Source: Alphaproteobacteria bacterium
GTDB lineage: Bacteria; Pseudomonadota; Alphaproteobacteria; Methylaequorales; Methylaequoraceae
DNA: 64,000 bases
Direction: 5' to 3'
NCBI GenBank assembly: GCA_019650635.1
Contig: BOXE01000001.1
Coordinates: 1,196-65,195, forward strand
A program made the position numbers and the translations under genes. Under the pieces are notes generated by a model, which saw only the letters and a program-made list of their open reading frames with translations, was not told the origin of the DNA and made no database searches. The stretch's first letter is position 1. Every line of letters starts with the position of its first letter. Positions 33,853 through 46,850 of this stretch are shown here, in pieces.

Positions 33853-36533
33853 ATGAAATTAAAACAACCTGATATAAAAGGTTTCAATCCATTAGACACA
33901 ATTAATGAAAAGTCTAAACCTACTCCAATGATGCAACAATATTTGGAGGTAAAATCAAGACATAAAGAATACTTGTTGTTTTATAGAATGGGAGACTTTT
34001 ACGAGCTTTTTTTTGAGGACGCCATTGAAGCTTCTTCCGCATTAGGTATTGCTCTCACAAAGAGAGGAAAATTAAATGATAAGGATATTCCAATGTGCGG
34101 CGTTCCAGCACATGCATCCCAAAACTATTTATCAAGATTAATAAAACAAGGTTATAAAGTTGCAGTCGCGGAACAGCTGGAAACAAAAGATGACCAAATT
34201 ACTTCATCAAAAAATAAAAAAATTTTTACAAGAGATGTCGTAAGAATTATTACACCTGGGACAATATTAGATGATTCTCTTCTTGATTCAAAAATAAACA
34301 ATCATCTTTTAAGTATCTCGATCATAAAAGGAGATATATCAATATCCTGGTCTGATATGTCAACGGGTGTGATAAAGCTTCAAAGAGTTAAAGGCAAGAA
34401 TTCAATTAATGAGCTTTATGAATTGATAAATAAAATTGCTCCTGAGGAAATAATTATTTCAGATAAAATAGATAAAATAAAATTGCTCGACTCAAAATTT
34501 AATTATCTGGAGAAGAAAATTTCAAAAGTTCCTAGCAATTTTTTTGATTTTGAAAGTAATAAATCTAAAATAAAAGAGTTTTTAAACGATCGTTTATTGA
34601 GACGCTGGGCGATTTGAGTGATTCAGATATGAGCGCCTTAGGGGCTTTAATACATTATTTGGAACTTACACAAAAACAAAATATTCCTTTAATAAATAAT
34701 TTTGAGTTGGTTGATAAAAAGAATTACATGCAAATTGATCATTTTTCAATTAAAAGTCTGGAATTATTAGAAAAAAATGATGGTCAAAAAGATGGTTCTC
34801 TTCTTAGTGTTATAGACAAAACTAAAACTGCTTCAGGCAGCAGATTAATCAAAGATTTTTTGAAGGCTCCTCTTATAGATAAAAATGAAATAAAAAGAAG
34901 ACACCAATTAGTTGACAACTTGATAAGACACTCACTTGCAACGGAACGAATTATTAATTTTTTGTCGCAACTTTCTGATGTTGAAAGAGCTTTATCAAGA
35001 ATAAGTGCTAATATAAATAACCCTAGAGATCTTTTAATATTGAAAAAACTTCGTGACAAATGCGCATGAAATATTTGAAGAGGTACGAGGTTTTAAAAGT
35101 TCAGAAATGGATCTTCTTTTACCCAACAATCTTTCATTAGAAAAAGCAATGATTCTAGAAAAAGTCATTTCAAATAATATAACAGAAAATCCACCAATTA
35201 ATTTGCATGATGGAGGAGTATTTAAAAAAGGTGTTAATAGTAAACTTGATTCTCTTAGAGATATTAAAAATATAAAACAAAAAGAAATCCTCGACATGCA
35301 GGAAGAATATGGCCGACTTACAGAAATCACAAATTTAAAAATAAAGTTCAATAATATTCATGGATATTTTGTTGAGGTAACAAATAAAAATGCGAAAAAA
35401 GTAATAAATAATGAGAACTTTAAATTTAATCTAATTCAAAATACTGTAAATAATTCAAGGTTTCAAACAGAAGAACTTAGGAAAGTTTCTGATGAAATAC
35501 TTAATGCTCAAGAGGAATCAATTATACTTGAAAAAGATCTTTATAGTGAGATCTGTCAGAAAATAAACAACGCAAATAAGGAAATTTATCACATCTCCAA
35601 AAAAATTTCGTTCGTAGATGTAATTTCAAGTTTTGCAAGTCTAGCATTAGATAAGAATTACTGTAGACCAAATATTGTTAGTGAAAATAAAATTGAAATA
35701 ATTGATGGTCGACACCCTGTAGTAGAAGAAAGTTTATTTAAAAATGCGCAGGAATTTACCCCCAATGATTGTGTTATGAGTAAAAACAATTTCGCTTGGC
35801 TTATGACTGGTCCAAATATGGCAGGTAAAAGTACTTTTTTAAGGCAGACTGCAATCATAATTATTTTAAATCAAATTGGTTCATTTGTGCCAGCAAAGTC
35901 AGCTAACCTTGGTGTTTTTGATAAAGTATTTACTAGAATGGAGCTTCAGACAACTTGTCCAAGGGTATGTCAACTTTTATGACAGAAATGATAGAGACTT
36001 CGAGAATAATCAATGAAGCAACTAAAAACTCACTCGTAATTTTGGATGAGCTTGGAAGAGGCACATCCACCGAAGACGGACTTGCTATAGCACAAGCAGT
36101 GTTGGAGTTTATATTAAAAGAAATAAATTGTTTAACACTCTTCGCAACGCATTATAAACAGCTTTGCTCTCTATCAAGTGACTATAAATGTCTTGAACTA
36201 AAAACACTTCAAATTAAAAAATGGAATGATGATATTATTTTTCTTTATAAAGTAATTGATGGGATATCAGAGGGCTCATTTGGTTTGCATGTTGCTAACA
36301 TGGCTGGATTAAAAAAACCAATTGTAATTAGATCTAAAGAAATCCTAGATTCATTTGATCCAGAAAAAGATTATAAAGCAACTTCAAAAAAAAATGATGA
36401 CTTTGATGCAAATGATAATACTAACGAAAATAAATTCAATGATCTTCAAAACATGTTAGACAGAGTCAATCTTGATGAGGTTAGTCCTAAAGATGCACTA
36501 GATATTCTTTATGCTATGAAAAAAAACTTCTAA
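33853..36533 (+). CDS. mutS: DNA mismatch repair protein MutS (three frameshifts)
   Basis: TPMMQQY, GDFYELFF, GRHPVVE, TGPNMAGKST, STFMTEM, DELGRGTS. Confidence 0.97.
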
Positions 36534-36537
36534 GATA

Positions 36538-39102
36538 ATGGAAGTAAAGCAAAAAATAATTCATAAAGAATTTCAAAAGCTTAAAAAAAGTTTTCTTGCC
36601 AAAAGAGAAAAGATAAAAATTGACTTTTTAAAACAAAACAAAGCGATTAATTGCTGTAAAGCTAACTCAAAATTGATTGATGAACTTATTGTCGAAATTT
36701 ATAAATCCAAAACAAAACATCAAATAGAATCAAATGTCATTTTTTGTATTTGTGCTGTTGGAGGATACGGAAGAGAATTATTAGCCCCCCACTCAGATTT
36801 AGACCTACTTTTTTTATTTCAAAACAATGTAAGTGAAGAAAGCAAGAAAAAACTTGTAGAGCTTTTTCTATTTCCTTTATGGGATTTAGGTTTAAATATA
36901 GGTTATGCGGTAAGAAATGTTGAGGAATCAATAAGATTATCAAGAAAGGATCATGTGATACAAACTTCAATGTTAGACGCAAGGAACATTTGCGGATCGA
37001 AGATTTTATTTAATGAATTACAGAAAAACTTTAAAGCAGACATCGTGAAATATGGAGACAAACTATTAAGAAATAAGCTAGATGAGAGAAACAAACGGAT
37101 AATCGAAGTTGGTTATGACTATTTCAAAAATGAACCAAATTTAAAAGAAAGTGAAGGTTCGCTAAGAGATATCAATTTAATTTTTTGGGGTATAAATATT
37201 TTTAAAATGCTCAATGCTAATGACTTTAAAACATCATCTGATGTGTTATCAATCAAAGAAAAAAAAACATTGAGATCTTCATTAGAATTTTTGTTGTTAT
37301 TAAGATGCCATCTCCACTATTTAAGTGAAAGAGCAAATGATAAGCTATCCTTTGATTTTCAAATCAGTATTTCCAGATTAATTTATAAAATTCCAAAAAA
37401 AATTGCTGTTAAAAATCAAAATTTTTATGTGGAGAAAATGATTAAAAATTATTTTAGAAGTATTAGAGACACTAAAAATTTGACAGAAATTTTTACACAA
37501 ATAATTGAAAAATTACTTAAAAATAAGAGCAAACACCTTGAATTGAACTCCTTAAAAGTAAAACATGAATTCAAACTTGAAGCTTATCTAAAAAAGGTAG
37601 ATAAAGGAGTTGATAATGGAAACGATAGAAGGCTTGCATTTGAGAACATAAACAAGCTCGCAAGAAAAGAAATTTTTACTGAAAAAAATATAAAACTATT
37701 TAGAAAAATATTTTTTTCATTAGATAAAAAAAAATTTGTCAATTTATATGAAATAGGAATAGTTTCAAAGTTAATACCTGAATTTTCTAAAATATCTAAT
37801 CTTCCGCAATTTGATAGATTTCATTCTTTGTCAGTTGGTCAACATACTATAAAAGCGTTAAACATTTTGAAAGATTTAGAAAAAGGTGAAATGGTAAATA
37901 AAAATTATTCTTTTTCTTTTAATGAAATTAAAAAAAATTTAAATAGAAAGTCCCTTTTTTATGCAGCTCTTTTACATGATATTGGAAAAGGGAAAGGTGG
38001 AGAGCATAACAAAAAAGGTAAAGAAATTTCAAAAAAAATTGTTTTAAGATTAGGGGAAAATATAACTGTGGCTAAACAAACTTCAAAACTTGTATATCAT
38101 CATTCATTACTGAGTGATGTTGCTTTTAAAAAAGACTTTGAAGATCATTCGGTTATAAGACATGTTACACAGCAAATTAAAAACATTCCTTTTTTAAGAT
38201 CTTTATTTATTCTTACAGTAACTGACATTTCAGCAGTAGATCAGGGTTTATGGAACAATTGGAAGGCGACATTACTTAGCAAGCTTTTTTTAAAGATAGA
38301 AAAACAAATTAGAAAGCCCACAAAAGTTACAAGTTTGAACAATAAAATATCAAAAATTCAACAAAATATTGTGAAAAGTTCTAGAAAGATCACAAAGTCC
38401 AAGATGTCTGAAATTTCCAAAATCTCCTACCCTAATTATTGGCTACTACAATCTGAGAAAATGATAGCTTACCAGATAGAAACATTTCTTCTAAATGAGA
38501 ATATAAATTTTGATTATGTGATTCGAAAATTTAGTAATACTTCATTTTTTGATATTATTATTGTAACAAAGGACAGGCCAGGTCTATTCTTGAATCTAAT
38601 ATCGATTTTTGTGTCAGAAGATTTATCAATCTATGAATCTAGAATTTTTACATTAGACAATGGGACAGTTATAGATACATTTAAATTATCTTTTAATCAA
38701 AATAGAAAATATAGTAAATATGATGCCAAAAATTCTTTAAAATCTTTAAATCAAAAAATTAGGGATTTGGGGAAAGGAGTAGAATTTAAATTAAAAGATG
38801 AAATAAAATCAAAAATCAAGTTTCTTGAAAATATAGCTGATGTTGAAATTGATAACATTTCTTCTGCAACTTATAGTATTTTGATTGTAAAGACAAATAA
38901 CAGACCTAAGCTTTTGTATGATATTTCAAAAATCCTTTTAAAAAATAAGATTATTATATCAATGGCTAAAATTTCAACTAATGGTGACTTTGTGGAGGAT
39001 AGTTTTCATTTAAGAAGTGAATACGGCTCAAAGATTCAAAACAAAACAATGATAACAAATTAAAGACTGAAATCCAAAATAAACTCAATCAAAATTTAAG
39101 TA
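36538..39102 (+). CDS. glnD: PII uridylyltransferase (last residues frameshifted; end approximate)
   Basis: AVGGYGR..L.PHSDLDLL, EPNLKE, LLHDIGKG (HD), two ACT-like domains. Confidence 0.93.
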
Positions 39103-40670
39103 ATGCTATTTAAAATAATCTCTATAGTCGGATCTTTAACATTCCTAAGTAGGATACTTGGTTATTTCAGAGATTTACTTATTGCAAGAGTAATTGGGGC
39201 CGGTTTGATTTCTGACTGTTTTTTTGTAGCTTTTAAATTACCCAATTTGTTCAGAAGAATTTTAGGAGAAGGTGCAATGAATGCTGCGTTCATACCTGTG
39301 GTTTCAGGAGTAAGGACTAAATCAGGTAAAAAAAGTGCTGACGCTTTTTTTTCAAATATTTTTTTCATTCCTTTTAGTCGCACTTTTGGCATTTGTTCTC
39401 ATCTTAGAAATTTTCATGCCATTAATAATTACTCTTATTGCACCTGGTTTTTCAGATAACCCTGAAAAATTTAATCACTCGATTAATTTGACAAGACTTA
39501 CATTTCCATTTGTTCTTTTTATTTGTTTAACGTCTTTGATGGGAGCTTATTTAAACACACTTGGAAAATTTGCTTCAATGGCTGTAACTCCGATAATTTT
39601 AAATTTATCTCTAATTTTTACACTTCTTATCTATTTTAAATCTGAAAATTTATTTTTAATTTCTTCTACATTAAGTTTTGTTGTCTCAATTGCAGGAATA
39701 ATTCAAGTCATATGGATGTACTATAATATTCGAAGAAATAAATCTAAGCTTTCTATAAATTTTTCTTTTTTAAAGACATTCAAAAGTGATAAAGAAATAA
39801 CCAAATTTTTTAAGTTATTGTTGCCAGCAATTTTAGGAAATGGTGCTTATCAAATTAATTTGTTGATTGATATGATTCTTGCATCAACACTTCCAGACGG
39901 TTCCATTTCTTTCTTATACTATGCAGATAGAGTAAATCAACTTCCTTTAGGTGTACTTGGAATTGCAATTGGCACTGCATTGTTACCAGTTTTATCGTCT
40001 CAGGTTAAAAAAAACCAAAAGAAAGAAGCTGAAAAAAGTATTTCAAAAGCAATAAAATTTGGAATTTTATTTTCAATTCCTGCTTTTTTTGGATTGTTGA
40101 TTTTTTCAGAAAACATTATCTCATTTCTTTTTTTCAGAGGAGCATTTGAATATAAAGATGTTCAAGCAACTAGCTCAGCACTTATAGCGTTGTGCTGTGG
40201 TTTGCCAGCTTTCATTATGATAAAAATTTTAGTTATTCCATTTTTCGCAAATGAAGATACAAAAACTCCTATAAAAATTTCTTTATTTTGTATGTCAATT
40301 AATTTAATACTAAATCTTATCTTAATAAGAGAGTTTCTTCATGTTGGCTTAGCAATTTCAACTTCTGTATCTGCTTGGATAAATTTTATTTTACTTTTTT
40401 ATATATTAAACAAAAATCTTAACTACTCTTTTGATATTTCAATTTTTAAAGTGTTTTTAAAAGTCTCATTAGCATCACTTAACTATGTCTTATATTGTTT
40501 TAAAAACCTATGAGTTTATGATAAATAATTTTGAAATGTATACTTTAAATAATACAAATTTTATTCTTATTTTATGTATTATTTTTGGAATAATTATTTA
40601 TTCTGCCCTGATGTATTTATTAGGAATTAAAGAATTAGAGATAAATAAATGGAAAATTCAGAAAAAGTAA
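39103..40670 (+). CDS. murJ: Lipid II flippase (two frameshifts)
   Basis: [30 protein letters not shown]. Confidence 0.95.
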
Positions 40671-41667
40671 ATAATTTGGTTTTTTCAGGGGTGCAGCCAA
40701 CAGGCAATCTTCATCTAGGCAATTATCTCGGGGCAATAAAAAATTGGATTGAACTTCAATCTAACAACAATTGTATTTTTTGTATTGTAGACTTGCATGC
40801 TCTTACTACTTCAGATAGTCGCACGCAAATACTTCAAAATACAAGAGAAGTCGCAGCTGCATATATTGCTTCAGGAATAAATCCTAAAAAAACAATAATC
40901 TTTGTTCAATCAAATGTTACAGGACACAGTGAGCTCGCGTGGATATTGAGTTGCCATACACCAATTGGCTGGCTTAATAGAATGACTCAATTTAAAGATA
41001 AAGCAGGAAAAAATAAAGAGAGAGCGCCGCTTGGTTTATATTCATATCCAGTATTAATGGCCGCTGATATTCTTCTTTATAAATCAACACATGTGCCTGT
41101 TGGAGATGATCAAAAACAACACTTGGAATTATCAAGAGATATTGCACAAGCATTTAATAGATATTATCAAAATGATTTTTTCCCAATTCCTGAACCAATC
41201 ATTACTGGAAATGCTACAAGGGTGATGAGCCTAAGAGATGGCTTGAAGAAGATGAGTAAATCAGATCCATCAGATCAGTCTAGAATTAATCTTTCGGACA
41301 ATTCTTTAGAAATAGAAAAAAAAATTCAGAAAGCCAAAACAGATTCTCATCCGTTCCCAGAAAATTTTAAGATTTAGATGGCCGGCCCGAAATCAAAAAT
41401 TTAATAAATATATTTTCTGCATTAAATAATGAATCAGTAGATAAAATAATATCTAATTATGTCGACAAAGATTTTAAAATTTTTAAAAAAGATTTAAGCG
41501 ATCTTCTTGTGGAAAAAATTTCTTTAATTTCCTCTGAGATGAAGAAGCTTTTAAAAAATGAAGATTATCTTGATTCGATTCTAAAGGATGGAAATCTTAG
41601 AGCAAATGAAATGGCAAATAAGAACTTAACAAAATTAAAAAACATAATCGGACTTTTTAAATCATGA
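40649..41667 (+). CDS. trpS: Tryptophanyl-tRNA synthetase (frameshift ~41370)
   Basis: [35 protein letters not shown]. Confidence 0.97.
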
Positions 41668-42578
41668 GTTTTTATCTACCGATTGCTGAAATTCAAATAA
41701 ATTTATTGTTAATTCTTTTTTTTGGTTTTTTAGTAGGATTCATGTCCGGTTTGTTTGGAGTTGGTGGAGGATTCTTAATGACACCATTACTAATTTTTAT
41801 GGGAATCCCACCTGCTACCGCCGTGGGAACAGAGTCTGTTCAAATACTTGGTTCGTCTGTATCAGGCGCTATGGCCCACGGTATAAAAAAAAACATAGAT
41901 TATGAAATAGGAATTTTCTTACTTATAGGCGGGATTTTTGGGTCAACTGTTGGTGTTATGTTATTCAATTTTTTGAAAGAGTCTGGAAATATCGATTTAA
42001 TAATAAAGTTTTTGTATATTCTTTTTTTAGCGATTATTGGAACTTTAATGTTAGTTGAGAGCACAATATCTCTTGTTAGTGAAAAAAAAATTGACTCTTC
42101 TTATAAAAAGAAAAAAAGAAGTTTCTTGGACTATCTGCCACTTAAATTGAAGTTTAGACAATCTAAAATTTTTATCTCAATCTTGCTCCCAATTTTTGTT
42201 GGAATATTTGTTGGACTATTATCAGCATTCATGGGAGTCGGAGGTGGATTTGTAATGGTTCCTGCAATGATATATCTCTTTGGAATGGGAACTGTTGTGG
42301 CAATTGGCACTTCATTATTTCAAATTGTTTTTGTTACACTTAATGTTTCAATTCTTCATGCTACTTTTAACTATTCTGTAGACTTAATATTAGCAATTTT
42401 TTTACTTATTGGGGGTGTGATTGGTGCTCAATATGGATCAAAATTTACATCTAGATTTAAAGGAGAACAAATAAGAATCTTACTTGCCTTAATAGTATTA
42501 ATTGTTTGTATTATGATGGGTATAGAGTTAGTAAGTGAACCAACTGCAAATTCAAGGATCATATTACAAAATGTTTAG
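41664..42578 (+). CDS. TauE/SafE (TSUP) family membrane transporter
   Basis: YLPIAE, GLFGVGGGFLMTP, MGVGGGF..VPAMIY, GTSLFQI. Confidence 0.9.
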   Translation: MSFYLPIAEIQINLLLILFFGFLVGFMSGLFGVGGGFLMTPLLIFMGIPPATAVGTESVQILGSSVSGAMAHGIKKNIDYEIGIFLLIGGIFGSTVGVMLFNFLKESGNIDLIIKFLYILFLAIIGTLMLVESTISLVSEKKIDSSYKKKKRSFLDYLPLKLKFRQSKIFISILLPIFVGIFVGLLSAFMGVGGGFVMVPAMIYLFGMGTVVAIGTSLFQIVFVTLNVSILHATFNYSVDLILAIFLLIGGVIGAQYGSKFTSRFKGEQIRILLALIVLIVCIMMGIELVSEPTANSRIILQNV

Positions 42579-43295
42579 AAGAGTATTTATAAAATCATAT
42601 TTTTATTTTTTGCGATTTCGTTTTTCAAAGAATCTAGTTCTGAGTCATTAATCTTTGATTTATCAGATAGATTTATTGAAATTTCAAAAGATAAAGTTAA
42701 GCCTGACTTCACAATTTTTGGATTTACAGATTCTGAAAGTTCTTTAGTTCTAAAGATTAAAGGACCAAACCAGAAAGTTATTTTACAAAATAAGAAAAAG
42801 ATTTTTGGAATGTGGTCATGGAATAAAACTGGAGAATTTGTTTACCCTGGTCTATTTCATTACTATACAAATAAAAATGATGATGAAATCGATTTTGAAG
42901 TAAAAAAAGATTTATTTGATAATGTTAAACTTGTTGGAGAAGACAACGATAATCTAAAAAGAGATCTAATTAAAAAAAAAATGTCACTGGGTTTATTTTT
43001 AATTAAAAATAATTCATTTGAGGTGGTTAATAAAAAATTACCTAACTTTTTTAAAATACCAGTTAAACTTCCAAAAAATGCTCCAGAGGGTGATTACACA
43101 GTATCATTAAATATAATTGATAGTATAAATAATTTTGAGAGTAAAAAAGTAAAAATACAAGTCTACAAACCGGGTTTAAGTTCATTTATTTTTAAATTTG
43201 CTCACAATTTCTCATTTATGTACGGACTCTTTTCTGCTATAATTGCAATTAGTTTAGGTCTATCAGCAGGTTTAATATTTAGAAAATACTTATGA
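42571..43295 (+). CDS. Conserved membrane protein, TIGR02186-like (5' frameshift)
   Basis: Usual partner of this TSUP gene; P.NAPEGDY.V and C-terminal YGL..IIAI..G..AG.IF. Confidence 0.7.
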
Positions 43296-43762
43296 CAGAA
43301 AAAGAACTAACATTTCTTGTCGTCCTTGATGATTCAAAGGAAATATTCAACGCGCTAAGGTATGCAGCTCAAAGATCAGCCAGGACAAATGGCAGAGTAG
43401 CACTTTTATACACTTTTGAAACACTTGAGTTTAGTCATTGGAAGGCGGTTGAAGACATTGCTGAAAGAGAGTCAAGAGAAGAAGCTGAATCCAAAATTAA
43501 AGAATATGAAAATTATGTTCTAACTTTTTCTAATAAAAAACCAAAAAAATTCATAATGAAGGGTGACAGACTAGAATGTATAATAGAGTTTCTCAGTGCA
43601 AATAAATTTATTTCAAATTTTGTTTTGGCAGCTTCAACCAATAGATCAAGTGGAGACCCTTTGATAAGTGCTTTTACCCTTAAACAAAGTGATAAAATAA
43701 AAGTTCCTATAACAATTATTCCTCCACTTTTAACGGAAGAAGAAATTGACAAGTTATCATGA
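43292..43762 (+). CDS. Universal stress protein
   Basis: FLVVLDDS, ALRYAA.R, VLAA, PITIIP. Confidence 0.85.
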   Translation: MTEKELTFLVVLDDSKEIFNALRYAAQRSARTNGRVALLYTFETLEFSHWKAVEDIAERESREEAESKIKEYENYVLTFSNKKPKKFIMKGDRLECIIEFLSANKFISNFVLAASTNRSSGDPLISAFTLKQSDKIKVPITIIPPLLTEEEIDKLS

Positions 43763-43780
43763 TTTCATTATTTTATTGAT

Positions 43781-44359
43781 ATGTTTATACAGACTGAAGA
43801 AACTCCAAACCCAGCACTTTAAAATTTCTTCCTGGTAAGACATTACTTGAAAAAGGAACTCTAGAGTTTAAATCTCCAGAAGAGGCCACAAATAACTCTC
43901 TTGCCAGCAGGTTATTTACTGATGAAACGTTAAAGGTGTTTTTATTGGAAAAGATTTTTGACTGTGACCAAATCTGAATCAGTAGAATGGGAAATTTTAA
44001 AACCTACTTTATTGTCATCAATTTTAGACTATTTTTCTTCTGGTGGGGAAATTGAAAATTATGAATCGGAAACTAAACCGAAAGAAGAAAAAATAAAATA
44101 TACAAAAAAAGATCAAGAAATTGTTAATAAAATAAACGAATTACTTGAAGAAAGAATTAAACCTGCTGTTGCTCAAGACGGAGGTGATATAAATTTTGTT
44201 AAACTTCAAAAAGGAATTGTTTTTCTTGAACTTAGAGGTGCTTGCTCTGGATGTCCTAGCTCAACAATAACATTAAAATCTGGAATCGAAAATATGCTCA
44301 AATATTATATTCCCGAGATTCAATCAGTTGAAGCTATAACCAATAATGGAAAAAAGTAA
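43781..44359 (+). CDS. nfuA: NfuA/NifU-like Fe-S carrier (5' frameshifts)
   Basis: MFIQTEETPNP start; PAVAQDGGDI and GACSGCPSS. Confidence 0.9.
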
Positions 44360-45301
44360 GGCAATTAACAGAAACCTAGTGGTTCTTCTTGGTTTCATTT
44401 ATCTTTATAAATTTGGCTGTTGGATTTTATAAAAGTTTTTCAAATATAAAAAATATCGGAAACACTTCAATCAGCTTTACAGTTCAAGACAAATCGATGT
44501 TAGACTACATGAATAAAGAATCAAAAGTTGATTTTATAGGTGAAGCAAATGAAATGATCGATATTTTTGAGAAATATAATTTTTCTGTTGAGTCTTTCCT
44601 AAATGACCAATCATCAAATTTAATTATTTTTTCTAGCTGGCCTAATGATTTTCTAAATATAAAGTCAGTCAATAAAAGAAAGAAATTATTTATAAATACA
44701 TTATTACCAATTATTTTTGTAGAAAATAGAAAAATACTCGAAGAAAGAAAAAGAATTCTTGATTGGTGGAATCAATCAGGAGGTGAAGTCGTGTCACGAG
44801 AATTTTGGCCCAATTGGCTTTTTGAACTAAGTGAAAAATATAACTACACAGAATCTAGTATTGGAAGATTATTGATAAGGGTTGATATAGTTCCTCTTTC
44901 TTTGGCTCTATCTCAAGCTGCTATTGAAAGTGGATGGGGAAGTTCGCGTTATTTGAATGAGGGAAATGCAATTTTTGGGCAATATACATTTGATAGTAAA
45001 AACGGAATTAAACCCAAGAGAAAGAGAAGATGGAAAGAAATTTTTTGTTAAAAGATTTTCTACACTTTCAGAATCAGTAAGATCATATTTAAAAAATATC
45101 AATACTCATCTAGCATATGAGGATTTTAGACAAGAAAGACGAAAATTAAGGATGAATGGAGAGAGCTTATCAGGAAATGTACTGGCAAATTTTTTAAAAA
45201 ATTATTCAGAGAGAAGCCAAGCTTACGTTGATGATTTAAAGCTTCTTATTGAAACAAATAATTTTATGAAGTTTGATAAAACTAATGGACTTTTAAATTA
45301 A
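44346..45301 (+). CDS. Bax-like glucosaminidase (GH73) (frameshifted)
   Basis: RKKLFI..LLP, QAAIESGWGSSR..EGNA.FG, NINTH.AY..FR, YSER. Confidence 0.85.
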
Positions 45302-46308
45302 TTTACTCTTTTAATCATTTTTCCATACCAAAAAATTTCCCCCTTTTGATTTATATAAGTGCAGTTTATCCTATACCTTACTCCATTTTTCAATTTTGAA
45401 AGATACAAGTTAACTTTTTCTCCTCTATCTTTTTTTATCATAGACGCCGAGTTATTAATAAAACAATTAATAAATTTTGAAGGGATTTTTGAAAGAAAAC
45501 TAAAATGAAATTTATCTGTATTAATAATTGAGTCATCAAAAGAACTTTGAAAGATTTCCAAAGGCTTCGTTTTAAGAATCATCTTAAATCTTTTTAAGCT
45601 ACCAAATTCATCATTTAAAGCATACCTTGGAAGTCTATATATGTTTTGATTGAAGTGAATAGGAGCTGAATGTTGAGAAAAAGCAATCTCATAATTTAAT
45701 AATTTTAAAACTTCTTCGATATTTTTGCTGCTTTCTCCGTAAGGATAAGAGAAAATTTTTGGTTGTTCGCCAATGTTTTTTTCAATTTCAATTTGATTTT
45801 GTTCTATTTCTTTTTTTAGTGTTTGGATATCCATTCCTACAAGACTTTCATGACTCTTGGAATGATTGAGAATAAGACCGTTGCTCTCAGAAACCTCTTT
45901 TAGCATTGACCAACTCATAAAATCTGACTCCTCTGCATTTGATACATAATGTGAAGAAACAAAAATGCTAAACGGAAGTTTGTTTTTTTTAAGAATAGGA
46001 AAACCATTTTGAAAAAATGACTTATAAGCATCATCAAAAGTAATGAATACAGTTTTATTAGGAAGATTGATTTCTTTTTTTAGATACTTTGAAAGCTCTG
46101 TAATTGGAAGAACATTAATGTTTTCTTCAACTAAATATTTAATATGCTCTTCAAAAAGTTCCTTAGAAATATTAGTACTTGGATATTTATCATCACCTAT
46201 TCTATGATACATCAGTACTGTAATATTTGATTCTTCTGCATTAGCCTTTATTGTTATAATGAAAAGGAAAATTAAAAAAGCTTTTTTAATAAGTAACTCA
46301 AATGTCAT
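45298..46308 (-). CDS. Exported polysaccharide deacetylase (CE4)
   Basis: LMYHR, ITFDDA, NHSKSH, FSYPYGE, LPR; signal peptide from Met at 46308. Confidence 0.9.
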   Translation of the reverse strand: MTFELLIKKAFLIFLFIITIKANAEESNITVLMYHRIGDDKYPSTNISKELFEEHIKYLVEENINVLPITELSKYLKKEINLPNKTVFITFDDAYKSFFQNGFPILKKNKLPFSIFVSSHYVSNAEESDFMSWSMLKEVSESNGLILNHSKSHESLVGMDIQTLKKEIEQNQIEIEKNIGEQPKIFSYPYGESSKNIEEVLKLLNYEIAFSQHSAPIHFNQNIYRLPRYALNDEFGSLKRFKMILKTKPLEIFQSSFDDSIINTDKFHFSFLSKIPSKFINCFINNSASMIKKDRGEKVNLYLSKLKNGVRYRINCTYINQKGEIFWYGKMIKRVN

Positions 46309-46834
46309 TAACAATAGGGAAGTTTTTTGAGTTATAAAGTTGATAATGCCACCATTCATTTCTAAAGAAATCCCAACCAGCATCAGTCATAATACCTAAG
46401 AGCATCAATCTATTTTGATAGGCCTCTTTAGTAATATCTAAACAACCATGATATGAAAGTCTTGAAAATTCGTCAAACCCAGTACCCATATCAAGTTCCA
46501 TATTATTAGAATTTACGAGTGTTATGTCAATTGCGACACCTCTTGAATGGGGAGAACCTTTATCAGGAGGTGCAATAAAATTTGGATCAGGCAAACATTC
46601 CCATAACTTTTTTTGGACATAAACAGGTCTGTATGCATCAAATATTTTGATTTTAAGGTTTTGTTTTTTTGCTATCTGAACTGCTAAATCTAAATGCTCA
46701 TAAGCAACTTTATGAATATAGCATTCATTTGATAAAAACACTTTTTCTTTTGTAAAGTTTTTTGAAGTTGAGTATCTCAAATCAATTAAAACTTCTAATT
46801 TTTTTTTGTTTACTTTGACTAGATTTTGATTCAT
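46298..46834 (-). CDS. ddpX: D-Ala-D-Ala dipeptidase (VanX/DdpX, M15D)
   Basis: DAYRP, SPHSRGVAID, DMGTGFD, EWWHY. Confidence 0.9.
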   Translation of the reverse strand: MNQNLVKVNKKKLEVLIDLRYSTSKNFTKEKVFLSNECYIHKVAYEHLDLAVQIAKKQNLKIKIFDAYRPVYVQKKLWECLPDPNFIAPPDKGSPHSRGVAIDITLVNSNNMELDMGTGFDEFSRLSYHGCLDITKEAYQNRLMLLGIMTDAGWDFFRNEWWHYQLYNSKNFPIVNDI

Positions 46835-46850
46835 TTTTAGATAAAGAAAT

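Noticed and set aside
46298-46834. Vancomycin resistance (vanX)
   Set aside because: No vanA/vanH/vanRS nearby; Gram-negative host; DdpX-type housekeeping role more likely
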